A DNA stretch of 64,000 nucleotides from Octopus vulgaris (Eukaryota), in the NCBI GenBank assembly GCA_951406725.2, contig OX597840.1:22816001-22880000 (forward strand). Reading direction: 5' to 3'. Below are positions 22,737 through 36,181 of the stretch, one piece after another. Each line of letters opens with the position of its first letter. Position 1 is the first letter of the stretch. Both the position numbers and the translations under genes were made by a program. The notes under the pieces are model-generated. The model made no database searches, was not told where the DNA came from, and saw only the letters and a list, made by a program, of their open reading frames with translations.

Positions 22737-25506
22737 GGTACTTGTCTATTGTCGTGGTCCCGGTTTCGCACACGCGAATTCGCGCGCACGCGCGCCAGAC
22801 GTAGGTACTCGATACTCGAGATCCTACGAGGTGACTTGCGCATGCGCGTTAACACCCCCCCCCTAAAAAAAAGGTGTTGGATTTCACTAAAAATATATGT
22901 GTGTGTGTGTGTATATATAACATTTTCAATTTTACACAAAAAAATTACATAGTCGCTTTCCTCGCGGATTTACAGATAAATGAATTAATTACTATTTTAC
23001 AGAATAAAATTAATGAATTAATTATATAAATTAAATAATTCTTGAAAATTAATTAATATTAATAATATTTTTTGAACAAAGTAAATAATTTATAAAACTT
23101 GGTTAATAATTTCTTTTACACAAACGCGAACGTATATAATTTGTGAAACTTTTTTTTTTTACAGACGTATATAATTTGGTAAACTTAATGAATTAATTTC
23201 TTCTCATCATCATCATCGTTTAACGTCCGTTCTCCATGCCAGCATGGGTTGGACGGTTCGACCGGGGATCTGGGAAGCCAGAAGGCTGCACCAGACTCCA
23301 GTCTTATCTGGCAATGTTTCTACAGCTGGATGCCCTCCCTAACGCCAACCACTCCGAGAGTGTAGTGTGTGCTTTTTACATGCCACCCGCACAGGTGCCA
23401 GGCGAGGCTGGCACGGCCACGGTCGGATTGGTGCCAGTCGAGCGGCTCTGGCATCGGCCACGATTCAGATAGTGCTTTTTACGTACCACCAGTCCAGGGG
23501 TCCTGGCATTTGCCGGGTGCCACACTTGCCCCAACATGTCTTCGCAAGCAAAGGGGGTTGGCATGGGTGCCTGTCGTGGGATGAGGTTCGATATCAACTT
23601 CGCTTGCCTCAACAGGTCTTTGTGTATAAATGTATAAATTTTTCGCACTAAATTCTTTCCGTAGAATTTATCAAAAAACGCGCAAAATTATTCCGTAGAA
23701 TTTATCAAATTAAAAAACGCAAAATTAATATATTTTTTGAAATTGCAAATTATTTAGAATATAAAACAAATGAAGTTAAATTTTAAAAATAAATGTCATA
23801 TACTTATACTCTGTAAGGTGCTGTGTTCACACTTCAATTTACTATTTTCTAGAAATGTTGCTTTTCTAATTGAAACAATTTTTCTCAATCTCCATTTAAA
23901 AGTCCACCATGCCTCTTGAGCCATATCAAAATGAACTTTGAATTACGCGGCGGCGGTGGTGGTGTGAGGTTCTAATTTTTTTTTTCTGATCTCTCTTTGC
24001 CCCCCTAGATGGAGGTGTGGTGGGGAGACAGATGAAAGATGTTTCATTCTCTGCTATATATGTATATATATATATATATATATTTCTTAAACCTACACGA
24101 TATAGTCTATAAATTTGGGATGTTTTTGAAAGATAATATATTTTGTCATCAGAATATATATACTTTCTCACACTACAATTAAGATATATTTATTTTAAAT
24201 CGTTCATCTTTTCCCGCGACAACAAAAATTGGGCGCGAAAATTTTTCTAAATATTAGCGGAATGAACAACTGAGATAAAGAGAGATCAGAAAAAAAAATT
24301 AGAACCTCACACCACCACCGCCGCCGCGTAATTCAAAGTTCATTTTGATATGGCTCAAGAGGCATGGTGGACTTTTAAATGGAGATTGAGAAAAATTGTT
24401 TCAATTAGAAAAGCAACATTTCTAGAAAATAGTAAATTGAAGTGTGAACACAGCACCTTACAGAGTATAAGTATATGACATTTATTTTTAAAATTTAACT
24501 TCATTTGTTTTATATTCTAAATAATTTGCAATTTCAAAAAATATATTAATTTTGCGTTTTTTAATTTGATAAATTCTACGGAATAATTTTGCGCGTTTTT
24601 TGATAAATTCTACGGAAAGAATTTAGTGCGAAAAATTTATACATTTATACACAAAGACCTGTTGAGGCAAGCGAAGTTGATATCGAACCTCATCCCACGA
24701 CAGGCACCCATGCCAACCCCCTTTGCTTGCGAAGACATGTTGGGGCAAGTGTGGCACCCGGCAAATGCCAGGACCCCTGGACTGGTGGTACGTAAAAAGC
24801 ACTATCCGAATCGTGGCCGATGCCAGAGCCGCCTCGACTGGCACCAATCCGACCGTGGCCGTTGCCAGCCTCGCCTGGCACCTGTGCGGGTGGCATGTAA
24901 AAAGCACACACTACACTCTCGGAGTGGTTGGCGTTAGGGAGGGCATCCAGCTGTAGAAACATTGCCAGATAAGACTGGAGTCTGGTGCAGCCTTCTGGCT
25001 TCCCAGATCCCCGGTCGAACCGTCCAACCCATGCTGGCATGGAGAACGGACGTTAAACGATGATGATGATGAGAAGAAATTAATTCATTAAGTTTACCAA
25101 ATTATATATGTCTGTAAAAAAAAAAAAAGTTTCACAAATTATATACGTTCGCGTTTGTGTAAAAAAAATTATTAATATTAATTAATTTTCAAGAATTATT
25201 TAATTTATATAATTAATTCATTAATTTTATTCTGTAAAATAGTAATTAATTCATTTATCTGTAAATCCGCGAGGAAAGCGACTATGTAATTTTTTTGTGT
25301 AAAATTGAAAATGTTATATATACTCACACACACACACACATATATTTTTAGTGAAATCCAACACCTTTTTTTTGGGGGGGGGGGGGTTAACGCGCATGCG
25401 CGAATTCTGCACTGCGCATGCGCAAGTCACCTCGTAGGATCTCGAGTATCGAGTACCTACGTCTGGCGCGTGCGCGAAACCGGGACCACGACAATAGACA
25501 AGTACC
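22737..25506. mobile_element. Foldback-type non-autonomous DNA transposon, probably Merlin-family
   Basis: Inverted arms 22737-23998 and 24277-25506 begin GGTACTTGTCTATTGTCGTGGTCCCG. A 9-bp TSD TTTTTTCAT lies at 22728-22736 and 25507-25515. Confidence 0.88.
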
Positions 25507-26797
25507 TTTTTTCATAATGGAGGTCAAAAATTTTCCGAAAATTCCACAGAAAAATGGGGGAAAAAAATTTAAGGAGCTATATATTGTTTAAAGCGGAATT
25601 GCACCCTTTTTTTGATGTTATTTTCAATTAATTATGCAAGTTATCCTTTTCTTTGTAATGCGTACATATTTAATATGAATATATTTTTCACTCATCCAGA
25701 TAAACAATATTTCGTTTTGAAGCAACAAGGAAGAGAAACATTAATTATAATGTGTAAGAATTTATAATTAAAAGGAAAAACAAGAATGGTTAAATTTTAA
25801 TACTATGTGCATAACAATGAAAAGAAATTATAGTTTTTCCGTAAAATAAGGATAGACTTCATTGAAGCCTCTGCCATTTGCCCCATGGAGAAGGATTGTC
25901 ACCAATTTCATCAACCAACAATTTTTCTTAACATCAAAAGTTCCCCACAAGAGATTTTGATGCTGCAAGTCAGACATCAATATTATTTACTGACTTTTAT
26001 GCATCTTTTATGCTCAACAAAATGTTAACATTAAGCTAACCACATATATATATTTGTATATTTATGCATATACAGAAAGAGGCAGAGGAGGAGTGATATC
26101 TATGTTATAAAACAAACCTGTGTTGATACAATAGAACACTGAGGTGAAAACATCAGATATCTACTGTCATTGACATGTATATTGGTGTGTCTGGGAGTTG
26201 TTATTATAACACATGTGTCCACTCTATGATATAAACTTCTTAAAAATGATGAGATTGGATAAGTTTAATACTTCTACAGTTTAGCAGAATAGAAGTGTTA
26301 TAAATTTGCACTTTTGAATATCTACCTTTTAAACATATTCTATGTCTTATATTACTTTTTTCTTTTCTTTCAGAAAATCACATGAAATTGGCTAAAAAGT
26401 ATTTTTTACTTTTAAAGAATCATCAATATGTATCATGTTTGAAAGACTCTGCAAAGATACAAACATATAATCCTGCTTCTATAAAACATTGCTGAATTAC
26501 AGTAAAATATTTCCTCTGAGAGAGAAAGCATTTCTTTACTTCTGTGTCTGAAATGTGCAGAAGATAATTTTCTCTTTTAAATATACTTTGATAGATTTCC
26601 AAAGAGTATTTGCAACATTTTTAAATATTGGCATTGATCACATTTAGAAGAAATATAAGAGAAGTGATATTTGTTTGGAATAAACTACAAAAGCAAAAAG
26701 AAGCAAAATATCCATAAATTTTGGTGAGAGGAGAAATATTTTTGAAAAGTTGTTGATCTGTACAACTTGAAGGTTCAGGTTTATTTTTCTTGGAGAG

Positions 26798-28255
26798 ATG
26801 TCGGAAGAATTAAAAGAATCATCATATGACTGTGACATTTGCAAAGAGTCATTCTTAGAAGAAAGTAAATTAAATCAACACAAACAAATTCATGCAGGGG
26901 ACAAACCATATCCCTGTGATATCTGTGGTAAATCATTGTCTGACAGGAATAGCTTAACTCAACACAAACGTATTCATACAGGAGAGAAACCATATTGCTG
27001 TGATATCTGTGGTAAATCATTCTCTGATAGCGTTAGCTTAACTCAACACACACGTATCCATACAGGAGAGAAACCATATACCTGTGAAATCTGTGGTAAA
27101 TCATTCTTAAGTAGCAGTCAATTAACACGACACATACGTACTCATATAGGAGAGAAACCATATCACTGTGATATCTGTGGTAAATCATTTTCTGATGATA
27201 GTAGTTTAACCAAACATAAACGTATTCATACAGGTGAGAAACCATACCATTGTGATATCTGTGGTAAATCATTCTCTAATGGCAGTCACTTAACAGACCA
27301 TAAACGTATTCACACGGGGGAGAAACCATATCACTGTGATATCTGTGGTAAATCATTCTCTGTTGGCAGTAGCTTAACTACTCACAAACGTGTTCATACA
27401 GGTGAGAAACCATACCACTGTGATATCTGTGATAAATCATTCAGTCGAACAGGTAGTTTAGCTACTCACAAACAGGTTCATACAGGGGAGAAACCCTATC
27501 ACTGTAATATCTGTGGTAAATCATTCTCTGATGGCCGTAGCTTAACTAAGCACAAACGTATTCATACAGGAGAGAAACCATATCACTGTGATATCTGTGG
27601 TAAATCATTCTCTGATAGCGTTAGCTTAACTCAACACACGCGTATCCATACAGGAGAGAAACCATATACCTGTGATATCTGTGGTAAATCATTCTTAAGT
27701 AGCAGTCAATTAACACGACACATACGTACTCATACAGGAGAGAAACCATATCACTGTGATATCTGTGGTAAATCATTTTCTGATGATAGTAGTTTAACCA
27801 GACATAAACGTATTCATACAGGTGAGAAACCATATCACTGTGATATCTGTGGTAAATCATTCTCTGATGGCAGTCACTTAACAGACCACAAACGTATTCA
27901 CACGGGGGAGAAACCATATCACTGTGATATCTGTGGTAAATCATTCTCTGTTGGCAGTAGCTTAACTACTCACAAACGTGTTCATACAGGTGAGAAACCA
28001 TACCACTGTGATATCTGTGATAAATCATTCAGTCGAACAGGTAGTTTAGCTACTCACAAACAGGTTCATACAGGAGGGAAACCATATCACTGTAATGTCT
28101 GTGGTAAATCATTTTCTGATGATAGTAGTTTAACCAAACATAAACGTATTCATACAGGTGAGAAACCTTACCACTGTGATATCTGTGGTAAATCATTTTC
28201 TGAAAGTCGGCATTTAACTAGACATAAGTTTATTCATTCTGTAAAAAAATCCTAA
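26798..28255 (+). CDS. C2H2 zinc-finger protein (ZF gene 2), 17 fingers
   Basis: [15 protein letters not shown] start; intact 485-aa ORF with TGEKPY linkers. Confidence 0.92.
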   Translation: MSEELKESSYDCDICKESFLEESKLNQHKQIHAGDKPYPCDICGKSLSDRNSLTQHKRIHTGEKPYCCDICGKSFSDSVSLTQHTRIHTGEKPYTCEICGKSFLSSSQLTRHIRTHIGEKPYHCDICGKSFSDDSSLTKHKRIHTGEKPYHCDICGKSFSNGSHLTDHKRIHTGEKPYHCDICGKSFSVGSSLTTHKRVHTGEKPYHCDICDKSFSRTGSLATHKQVHTGEKPYHCNICGKSFSDGRSLTKHKRIHTGEKPYHCDICGKSFSDSVSLTQHTRIHTGEKPYTCDICGKSFLSSSQLTRHIRTHTGEKPYHCDICGKSFSDDSSLTRHKRIHTGEKPYHCDICGKSFSDGSHLTDHKRIHTGEKPYHCDICGKSFSVGSSLTTHKRVHTGEKPYHCDICDKSFSRTGSLATHKQVHTGGKPYHCNVCGKSFSDDSSLTKHKRIHTGEKPYHCDICGKSFSESRHLTRHKFIHSVKKS

Positions 28256-29929
28256 TCACTGTGATATGTGTGGTAAATAATTCTCACAAAATCCTTGCTT
28301 AGTTAAACACAAGTGCATTCCTTATGAAGTGGATCCGTAACACTGATATTTGTTTATAACATCTCAAAAGGACAAGCTCGTATCTCATAAGCACATCCAC
28401 AGAAAATAGAAACTATATTACTGGGATATCTATAGTAAATCTTTCACTTGAAACGATCCATTAACGAATCGAAGGAATAATGACAGACAAGAGAAATCGT
28501 ATCACTGTGATATCAGTGCTTAATCATTCTTTGAAAATGGTGAATTAATTATGCAGTCATATTAATATGAAAGATGTAATATTTTTCATATTACTATGAC
28601 TGTGTATAATTAATTCACCCTCCTCTGTCAATGCTCTTGCTAAGTCAATCTATGAAAATGATCAATTATGAAAACATAAACGCATTCATACAGAAGAGGA
28701 ACCATATCACTACAATGATGATAATCATCATCATTTAATGTTCACTTTTCCATGCTTCTGTCCATCAGATGGAATTCATTGATGGAGATTTTCTTCAGCT
28801 GGATGCCTTTCCTGTCTCCAATCCTCACCTGATTCCAAGCAAGGAAATATTTTACAAAGAAGACTGGAAATGAACAACTGCATTTGCATAATGGTCTTTT
28901 ACAAGCATCACATAATATTTGGACAAGGGTACACACACAAACACACGCATTTGTGTGTATGTTTGAAAAATTTGTTATAGGAGAATATTTTAATATTTTC
29001 TGTACGTGTAAAAGTTTGTATTTCCTATTAGGAAATGAAACACATGTAATGCTGAATAAATAATATCAAACTTTTTCTCCACTCTCCTTATGCGATATGT
29101 AATTACTCTGCAAAAAATATTGTCCAAACCTTACAGAAATAATATACATCTATATATAATAAACAGCTTGTTTGTTCAGCTGTTATGCTTTTGTTAGTTA
29201 GAGAAGTAGAGTAATAGAGGAAAGGAGGGAAGAATGAAGAAAAGCGAGGGAGAAGTAGAGAAAGGTGATCTTATAATAATTCTGCTTGTCGTTACATTAC
29301 TTAACCTGTTGGTAATACTTTCACTTGATTAGAGGAAAAGAAAGAGAGGGAAGAGGATAAGGCGAATATTGAGGCAAATAGAGAAGTGTGCAGGATGTGT
29401 GATAGGAGGAATGTAATGTTTATTACATGGTTTAAAAAGTTAATTAAAGCTAGTTGTATAGAAGAGAGTTAGGAATATGATTGTAGCAGATGGGTGATGT
29501 TCTGATCACAAGATTAAAGAGAGAGAGTTGGTGGTGCTGGTGGGTGCATAGGGCAAAGTAATTATTTTAATTAAACAAGATTTGTATATTTCCTACAAAT
29601 TAAAATGTGACTCGTTGCCTTGGCTTATAAGTTACCAATGATGTGGTTTTCAATGTATGCCATGTTGCGTTCAAGTTTTACACATATGAAATTGTGACCC
29701 CTATATTTTACATAGAGAATAATGTATTTACTATACAATTTTTGTTTTTTAGATAAAAAATTGTGACCGTGTAAATTTTCTTCTGTTTATAGGAGAAATG
29801 AAAAATAAGAGTGAATATTTTATGATTGCTGTGTATTAAGTCTATAAAAGTGTGTATAAAGTATATAAATTTGTATATAAAATACATTAAGTGATCATCG
29901 TTTCCCAAATTCTTTCACTTTTCAATGGA

Positions 29930-30581
29930 TAACTTTTCATCTCCAGTCACAAGTCGTTTCAAAAAAGGCAGGCTTTCATTCCATTTCAAAAACATATCAC
30001 AAACAGAATACTGCTCCGAGCAATTCTTTTCTGAGAGTTTGTGAGGGACCCATTACATTATAGCAAGAAATGTATCCTAGCTTCACAAGGTGTTCATCAG
30101 CCATACTTTGAAGAACTTTCAACTCCTCTGCAAGATCTTTAGTCTTGATATTGGATTTTCTTCGATTTTTGCCTTCAAAACATCCACGTCCAATTTTGAA
30201 GATCTTCCACTGCGACTGTTGTCTTCCAAGCTAAACTCTCCAGTTTTAAATTTCGCAAACCAGCTTCGAACAGTTGATTCACCTGCAGCATCATCACAAA
30301 CTTTACAAATGTTTTTGAAAATGTTTGCAGCATTTTCACATTTTTTTTTTTAAGAAAAGCATTACAAAGTGAATATAAAATTTTTGGTTATCCATTTCAA
30401 ATATCATTAAAGGGTAACCAGAACGAAAGATAAACGGATTTTTGGTGAGGAACAAAGACGAGATGCACTACCACTTCGAGCAACGCCAAAGTTTTAACTC
30501 TGTTACGTTTCTGGTGTATTCAATGAAGCATTGAAAAATTTTGCTTCAAAAAGACACTCAGACCTTTCTGGACAACTTAAT
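29930..30581 (-). mobile_element. Mariner element 5' remnant
   Basis: Minus strand gives ESTVRSWFAKFKTGEFSLEDNSRSGR (HTH) and LKRLVTGDEK; a TIR-like TATTAAGTTGTCCAGAAAG lies at the right end. Confidence 0.7.
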
Positions 30582-30747
30582 ACGAGTGTTCATATGGCGT
30601 ACGTAAAGAAGAATCCCGTAAATATTTCGTTTGTTTTCAGTTCACTTCATGTGGTGTCACGCACAAAAGGACAGCTTCCAAATCCCGTTTTCTGAATGGG
30701 TAAAACTGATCAAACTTTAAACCTCTGTAATTAATATATATATATAT

Positions 30748-31113
30748 AGGAGTGGCTGTGTCGTAAGTAGCTTGCTAACCAACCACATGGTTCCGGGTTC
30801 AGTCCCACTGTGTGGCATCTTGTGCAAGTGTCTTCTGCTATAGCCCCGGGCCAACCAATGCCTTGTGAGTAGATTTTGTAAACGGAAACTGAAAGAAGCC
30901 TGTCGTATATATTTATGTGTCTGTGTTTGTACCCCTAGCATTGCTTGACATCCGATGCTGGTGTGTTTAACCTCCCCGTCACTTAGCGGTTCAGCAAAAG
31001 TGACCGATAGAATAAATACTGGGCTTACAAAGAATAAGTCCCGAGGTCGATTTGTTCGACTAAAGGCGGTGCTCCAGCATGGCCACAGTCAAATGACTGA
31101 AACAAGTAAAAGA
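30748..31113 (+). repeat. Second octopus-type SINE family (inverted paralog ~45160-45578)
   Basis: GGAGTGGCTGTG..GTAAGTAGCTTGC...GGTTCAGTCCCACTG head; ...CAAATGACTGAAACAAGTAAAAGA tail. Confidence 0.65.
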
Positions 31114-31729
31114 GTATATATATATATATGTGTATGTGTGAATTATCAAAAATTTCCACACTTGCAGTCAAACAGAAAAGGTTCGGCAGGATTGGTAATA
31201 ATGACAATAATTTATGAGACAGAATTATCAAAGAAACATCCTTCACAAAATACCAAATCTATAAAGTAGAGCCACAATTTTTTAAAGACTGGAAAAGACT
31301 GTCCCCATAAAATTCTAGGTAATCTGAATGTATGCCAAAAGAAATGCATTTCCATAAAATTTCAATGAAGAAAACCCAAATTTTTCTTAAAGGTACGAGG
31401 GAAACGCTCGCATCTTGTGAATTTATATATGTCTGTGTAAAAAAAAAAATAATTAAGTTTAAGAAATTATATATGTTTGCATAAAAAAAAAATTATTTAC
31501 TTTGTTCAAAAAATATTATTAATTTTGATTAATTTTTCTGTGAAATAGTATTTTATGTTGATCGCAAAATAAAGTTTCAGACATTATAGTTTGTGATACA
31601 TTTGTGTAAAAAAAAATTATTTTCTAAGTTTAAAAGATTATTTACTTTGTTCAAAAAATATTAATATTAATTTTCAAGAATTATTTAATTTATATAATTA
31701 ATTCGTTTATTTTAATCTGTAAAATAGTA

Positions 31730-32154
31730 TTTTATGTTGATCGCAAACAAACATGTATCGCGCATGTGCGATGCAAGTGTATATTGCGCATGCGCCAATC
31801 AGCTCGTAGGATCGACTACCTACATCTGGCTAGCGTGGACGTGCGACTGCGCAAACCGGGTCCAGTCTACGCGACTAGTACCAAAAACTTATATACTTTG
31901 TTCAAAAAATATTAACATAAATTAATTTTCAAGAATTATTTAATTGCGTTTTATTTAATTTGTGTAAAAAAATTTATTTATTTTGTTCATAAACAGGTAA
32001 CGCGCACTGTAAAAAAATTATTTTATTTAGTTCGTAAAAAGGTAATGTGCATGTGCAAATGAACTCATTTGCATAAACCCAAGTCGCAGTGTCGACCACG
32101 TACGACTAGCTTGCACGTCGCCGCGCAACAAGACCAGCATGTGCTAGTAGTACC
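31730..32154. mobile_element. Stacked Merlin-like terminal fragments
   Basis: Ends ...GACTAGTACC (31882) and ...CTAGTAGTACC (32154), with GCGCATGCGC subterminal motifs as in the foldback arms. Confidence 0.5.
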
Positions 32155-32790
32155 ATAATACTTTGCCTTGAGAATTGTTTACCTTGAAAGTGAAAAAACA
32201 AGACCAACATATACAACAGGTATGTAAAACATACCTGTTGTATATGTAAAGCATTTTATAAAAAAAAAACATTCTTGAATTTTAAACTAGACAGTATAAT
32301 ACTGCCTAACGCATCTTATAAAATTCATAAAAGCAGTCTCTGTTTTATCATCACCAACTAAACTTGAACAGATATGTTGAAAATAACACACCTGATTATT
32401 GATTGGAAAAGAAAAAAAAAAAAACCCAAAAAAAGTTAGAAATTAGGAAGAAACAGAAAGAGATTTAAAATTTATAAAATGTGGATTTTTGCATATCAGA
32501 ATCTCCATCATAGAAAACTCAGTTCCGGAAGGCTGACTCCACTAGTTCCACCTAGTAACTTAAGGTGTATTGATCGCAGCAGGCATGGAACACTACTTAT
32601 TAGTTCCTGAAATATTGGTAACTATCATTAACATACGAAATATAATCTGATAGCAGCAAATAGAATGGTTTTTCACTACTCAGACTTCACTCAAAAATGC
32701 TTCTTGCTTTCTCACTCTTCCCCAAAACGCCAATCAAAATACTCATCATCAGAATTGCAAACAAAAAATGTGGTGCAGACAAATTCTGTC

Positions 32791-34580
32791 GATACAACTA
32801 GCGAACAGCGGTCCCGATGCGCGCACACGCACAGTCACGCATAAAGCCGTGAGAGAGTCTATTGAAAAGAATTCATATCGGGGAAAACTCTAAATTAAAA
32901 CTACGGGACTTTATCCTCGTTACATATTTATGGTCCCACAACACACCTATTTATACATCGATTGAAATGGCACAAAGTACTTGTTATTCAATGGTACCAC
33001 CAATACATCAGAGACATTTGCAGTAATCATCTTGTGAATAACCCATACCAAATTGGTGGGGTTGGGCACATCGTGGAAATAGATGAATCCATGATATGCA
33101 GGAGGAAACACAACAGAGGTAGGATGCCACAGGAGAGCTGTGGGTACAAGTCGCGTAGACTGGACCTGATCCTACAGTGACTTGCTTATGCAAATGAGCT
33201 GATTGGCAGATTAGTAGCAGAAATGTTGTGTGATTTATATACTATTGTTCAAGACTTTGATGCGACGTATTCGTTCCTAAAGGAGAAGAAAGTTCTCAAA
33301 CATCTCTAATAATATGGAATTAGCCCCTAAAAGCTAACCAATCAGAACATTCAGTTCTAAAATCTAACCAATCAGAGCTAACTGAATTCTTACCACGTGG
33401 TCTTGTAGATTTTATTGTCCCTTTACAATTCCATATTATTGAACCTTTCATTTGAGAAGCAGATTCGTAGCAGAAATGTTGTGCAATTTGTATACTATCG
33501 TTCAAGACTTTGATGCGACGTATTCGTTCCTAAAGGAGAAGAAAGTTCTCAATGTTTGTCCCCATTGTGTGCAATGCCAGAAAGAAATGAGTCTTATAAA
33601 ATACAATGATGAAAAAATATTTCGCTGCCCGACGCACAAAGGTGAGAAAGTTTCTATTAGGAAGAAATCGTGCCTTGAAAAGTCCAAACTAAGGCTATGG
33701 GACTTTATCCTAATAACATATTTATGGAGTCATAACACACCAGTTTCTACAACAATGAAACTGACTGGATTGGTTCAAAGCACCGTAATCCAATGGTACC
33801 AATACATCAAAGACATTTGCAGTCACCATCTTGTGAATAATCCATACCAAATTGGTGGGGTTGGGCATATCATGGAAATAGATGAATCCATGACGTGCAA
33901 GAGGAAGTACAACAGAGGTAGAATGCCACAGGAGAGATGGGTTTTCTCGTCTTCGTACCTGACCGGTCCTCCAAAACTCTGCTACCAATCATAAAAAAAT
34001 TCATAAGACCAGGCACTACAATTCATTTGGATTGTTGGGTGCTTACAATGGGATTGCTGAAATGAATGTGACACCTAAATACATCCATCTCACAGTCAAC
34101 CATTCCCAGAATTTCGTAGATCCAGTGACACTTGTACACACAAATTCTGTGGAATGTTACTGGAAGAATGCGAAAAGATGATTTAAGACAATGATGTGGG
34201 GACACTCCAACATGGTGGCGTCGTACTTAGACGAATTTCTTTGGAAGGAGCAATATGGGAAGTGTGGAAAGGAATGTTTTGAAAACATTCTGAGGCACCT
34301 TTCCGAATGGTTCACATTCAAGTGAATCAAATGAACTGCAAGAACTGAAATATTCTACTTTTCATTTGCTGTTTGCTTTTTATTTACTTTAATTAATTTG
34401 TGTAAAAAAATTATATACATTAAAAAAAAAAAATTTATTTACTTAAAAAATTTATATACTTTGTTTCCAAACATGTATCGCGCGTGCGCGAATCTATTCA
34501 TTAGCATATGCGCAAGTTGTAGGATCGATTACTTACGACCAGCTAACGCGGATGCGGGACCACTGTTCGCTAGTAGTACC
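32791..34580 (+). mobile_element. Merlin/ISXO2-like DNA transposon with a disrupted transposase (main copy ~33476-34324, partial duplicates upstream)
   Basis: TIRs GATACAACTAGCGAACAGCGGTCCCG and CGGGACCACTGTTCGCTAGTAGTACC; motifs IGGVGHIMEIDES, KRKYNRGR and [10 protein letters not shown]...HTNSVE. No TSD found. Confidence 0.85.
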
Positions 34581-34592
34581 GAAATGCTTTGT

Positions 34593-34595
<3 letters not shown>

Positions 34596-34637
<42 letters not shown>

Positions 34638-34660
34638 ATATATATTTATATATATTAAAA

Positions 34661-34691
<31 letters not shown>
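34596..34691. repeat. (TA)n microsatellite
   Basis: Long interrupted TA runs. Confidence 0.9.
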
Positions 34692-34697
<6 letters not shown>

Positions 34698-34729
34698 ATC
34701 GCCCTCCAAGAATATATACAATCAAGATT

Positions 34730-35597
34730 TTAAAATCTTGCAATCCCCTCTATCAGTTTTTCGAAAAGATCGCAACCTTTGTACCTTCTGCGCCACATAA
34801 TTTCACAGAGACCAGAGTCAATCATAGAACTCTGCTTAACACAGGCCCAAGGGCCTTCCATCCGTGGCGACTTTGACTTAGACTGAGCGCCGTGCTTCGA
34901 CGCTTTATGGCGAAATTGATAACCCTCGATCTCCGGAATATGAGAGTAAGATCTCCACAGATCACTAACGACCGTGGTTCCGGGGAGAACCGAATGGCGG
35001 ATGCATTCTTCGAGTGTGTCGCGATCCCGACATGTTACTGCATAGAAAAAACTTGCTTGGCCTTGCGACACACTCCTTTATAGACCCACTGGTGGGGCGG
35101 CCGACCACCATGTCTATGTTTCCTCCTCGAGAAGACTGTCTCGTCTATCTCGACAATCTTCCCAGGACCACCTATCTGAACTGGGTTGAGGAGTAAGTCC
35201 TCTGCACAGACTTCTCTTACACAGCTGAACTGTGACTCACACCCAGCTCTTCATAACAATAACGTATTGTGGTCAGCTTCTTGACCCAAGAATATAAGAA
35301 AAGGTGGATAGTTCGCAGAGGAAGCGTAGTGCCTTCCAGCCATGTACCTTTCCTAACAGATACAGACTGGTCACAGCCTTTCCGTGCGCAGCGCCAGCGA
35401 ACCTTCCCCCCGCCCACTTTCTGTTTCATGAAATGTTGAACTCTACATTTTTTCTTCGGAGGTATTATACCCTTCTCTGTAAGGAAAGCTACCGCATCCA
35501 CTTCGGTCCTAATCGTGTTGTACAAATCCATGAGGCCATACGATTTAGTTGCAGCCACAGCCATACTTCCCCAATACAACTGTGGGGGAAAATGCAA
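34730..35597 (-). pseudogene. Second Merlin/ISXO2-like transposase, disrupted
   Basis: N-terminal WRCARKGC..SVRKGTW zinc ribbon; IGGPGKIVEIDE near 35170-35135; VLPGTTVVSDLWRSY. Confidence 0.8.
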
Positions 35598-36059
35598 ATG
35601 TGCAAAAGAGGCGATCGAAAAAAAAAAAAAAAAACGTAGTATGTAACACAGACAGCAAACAGAAATAAAATATTAGCAGATTGGGGGGGGGGGAATAATC
35701 ACAAAATTAACACGGGAAAATGTACAAAAAGGGCGATCAAAAAGCAAGAAAAAATGAGGGAAAAAAAAGCGTAAAAAAATTAAATAGAACAGTGTTGGAA
35801 ATAATTACAGGTAGTGAGTAAAAATATCCACAGATAAGTTTTAAAAAATACAGTCAAGTTAAAGAACACACCAGAATAATTAATGTACACGTGGTCGTGT
35901 TGCTCCTAGATTACTATCGCAAACAGTAAGATTCTTCATGCGACAACGTGGAATAAAAAAATATACATGAACTTTCAAAAAACTGCTGTGATTAATTTAA
36001 TTATACTCAATTTGGTTTTCATTGCGTGAATGCATTTGTGGATGACACAAGAGATATAT

Positions 36060-36181
36060 AGGTGTCGCAGCGCTGTAAGTAGCGCAGTTCGTGTAACATG
36101 GAAAAGTAAATAAACACGTAAAAGAATAACTATGCTTCGTATTGAGTTGTCTATCCCATAAGAACGAAATAACACATAACA
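36060..36181 (+). mobile_element. LTR 3' part (R/U5), related to the Gypsy LTRs
   Basis: GTGTCGC.GCGCTG...AAGTAAATAAACACGTAAAAGAATAACTATGCTTCG...CACATAACA, similar to 21270-21390. Confidence 0.75.

Noticed and set aside
34398-34800. YIYIYI-rich ORFs (also near 45020-45680)
   Set aside because: They are translations of (TA)n microsatellites and SINEs.
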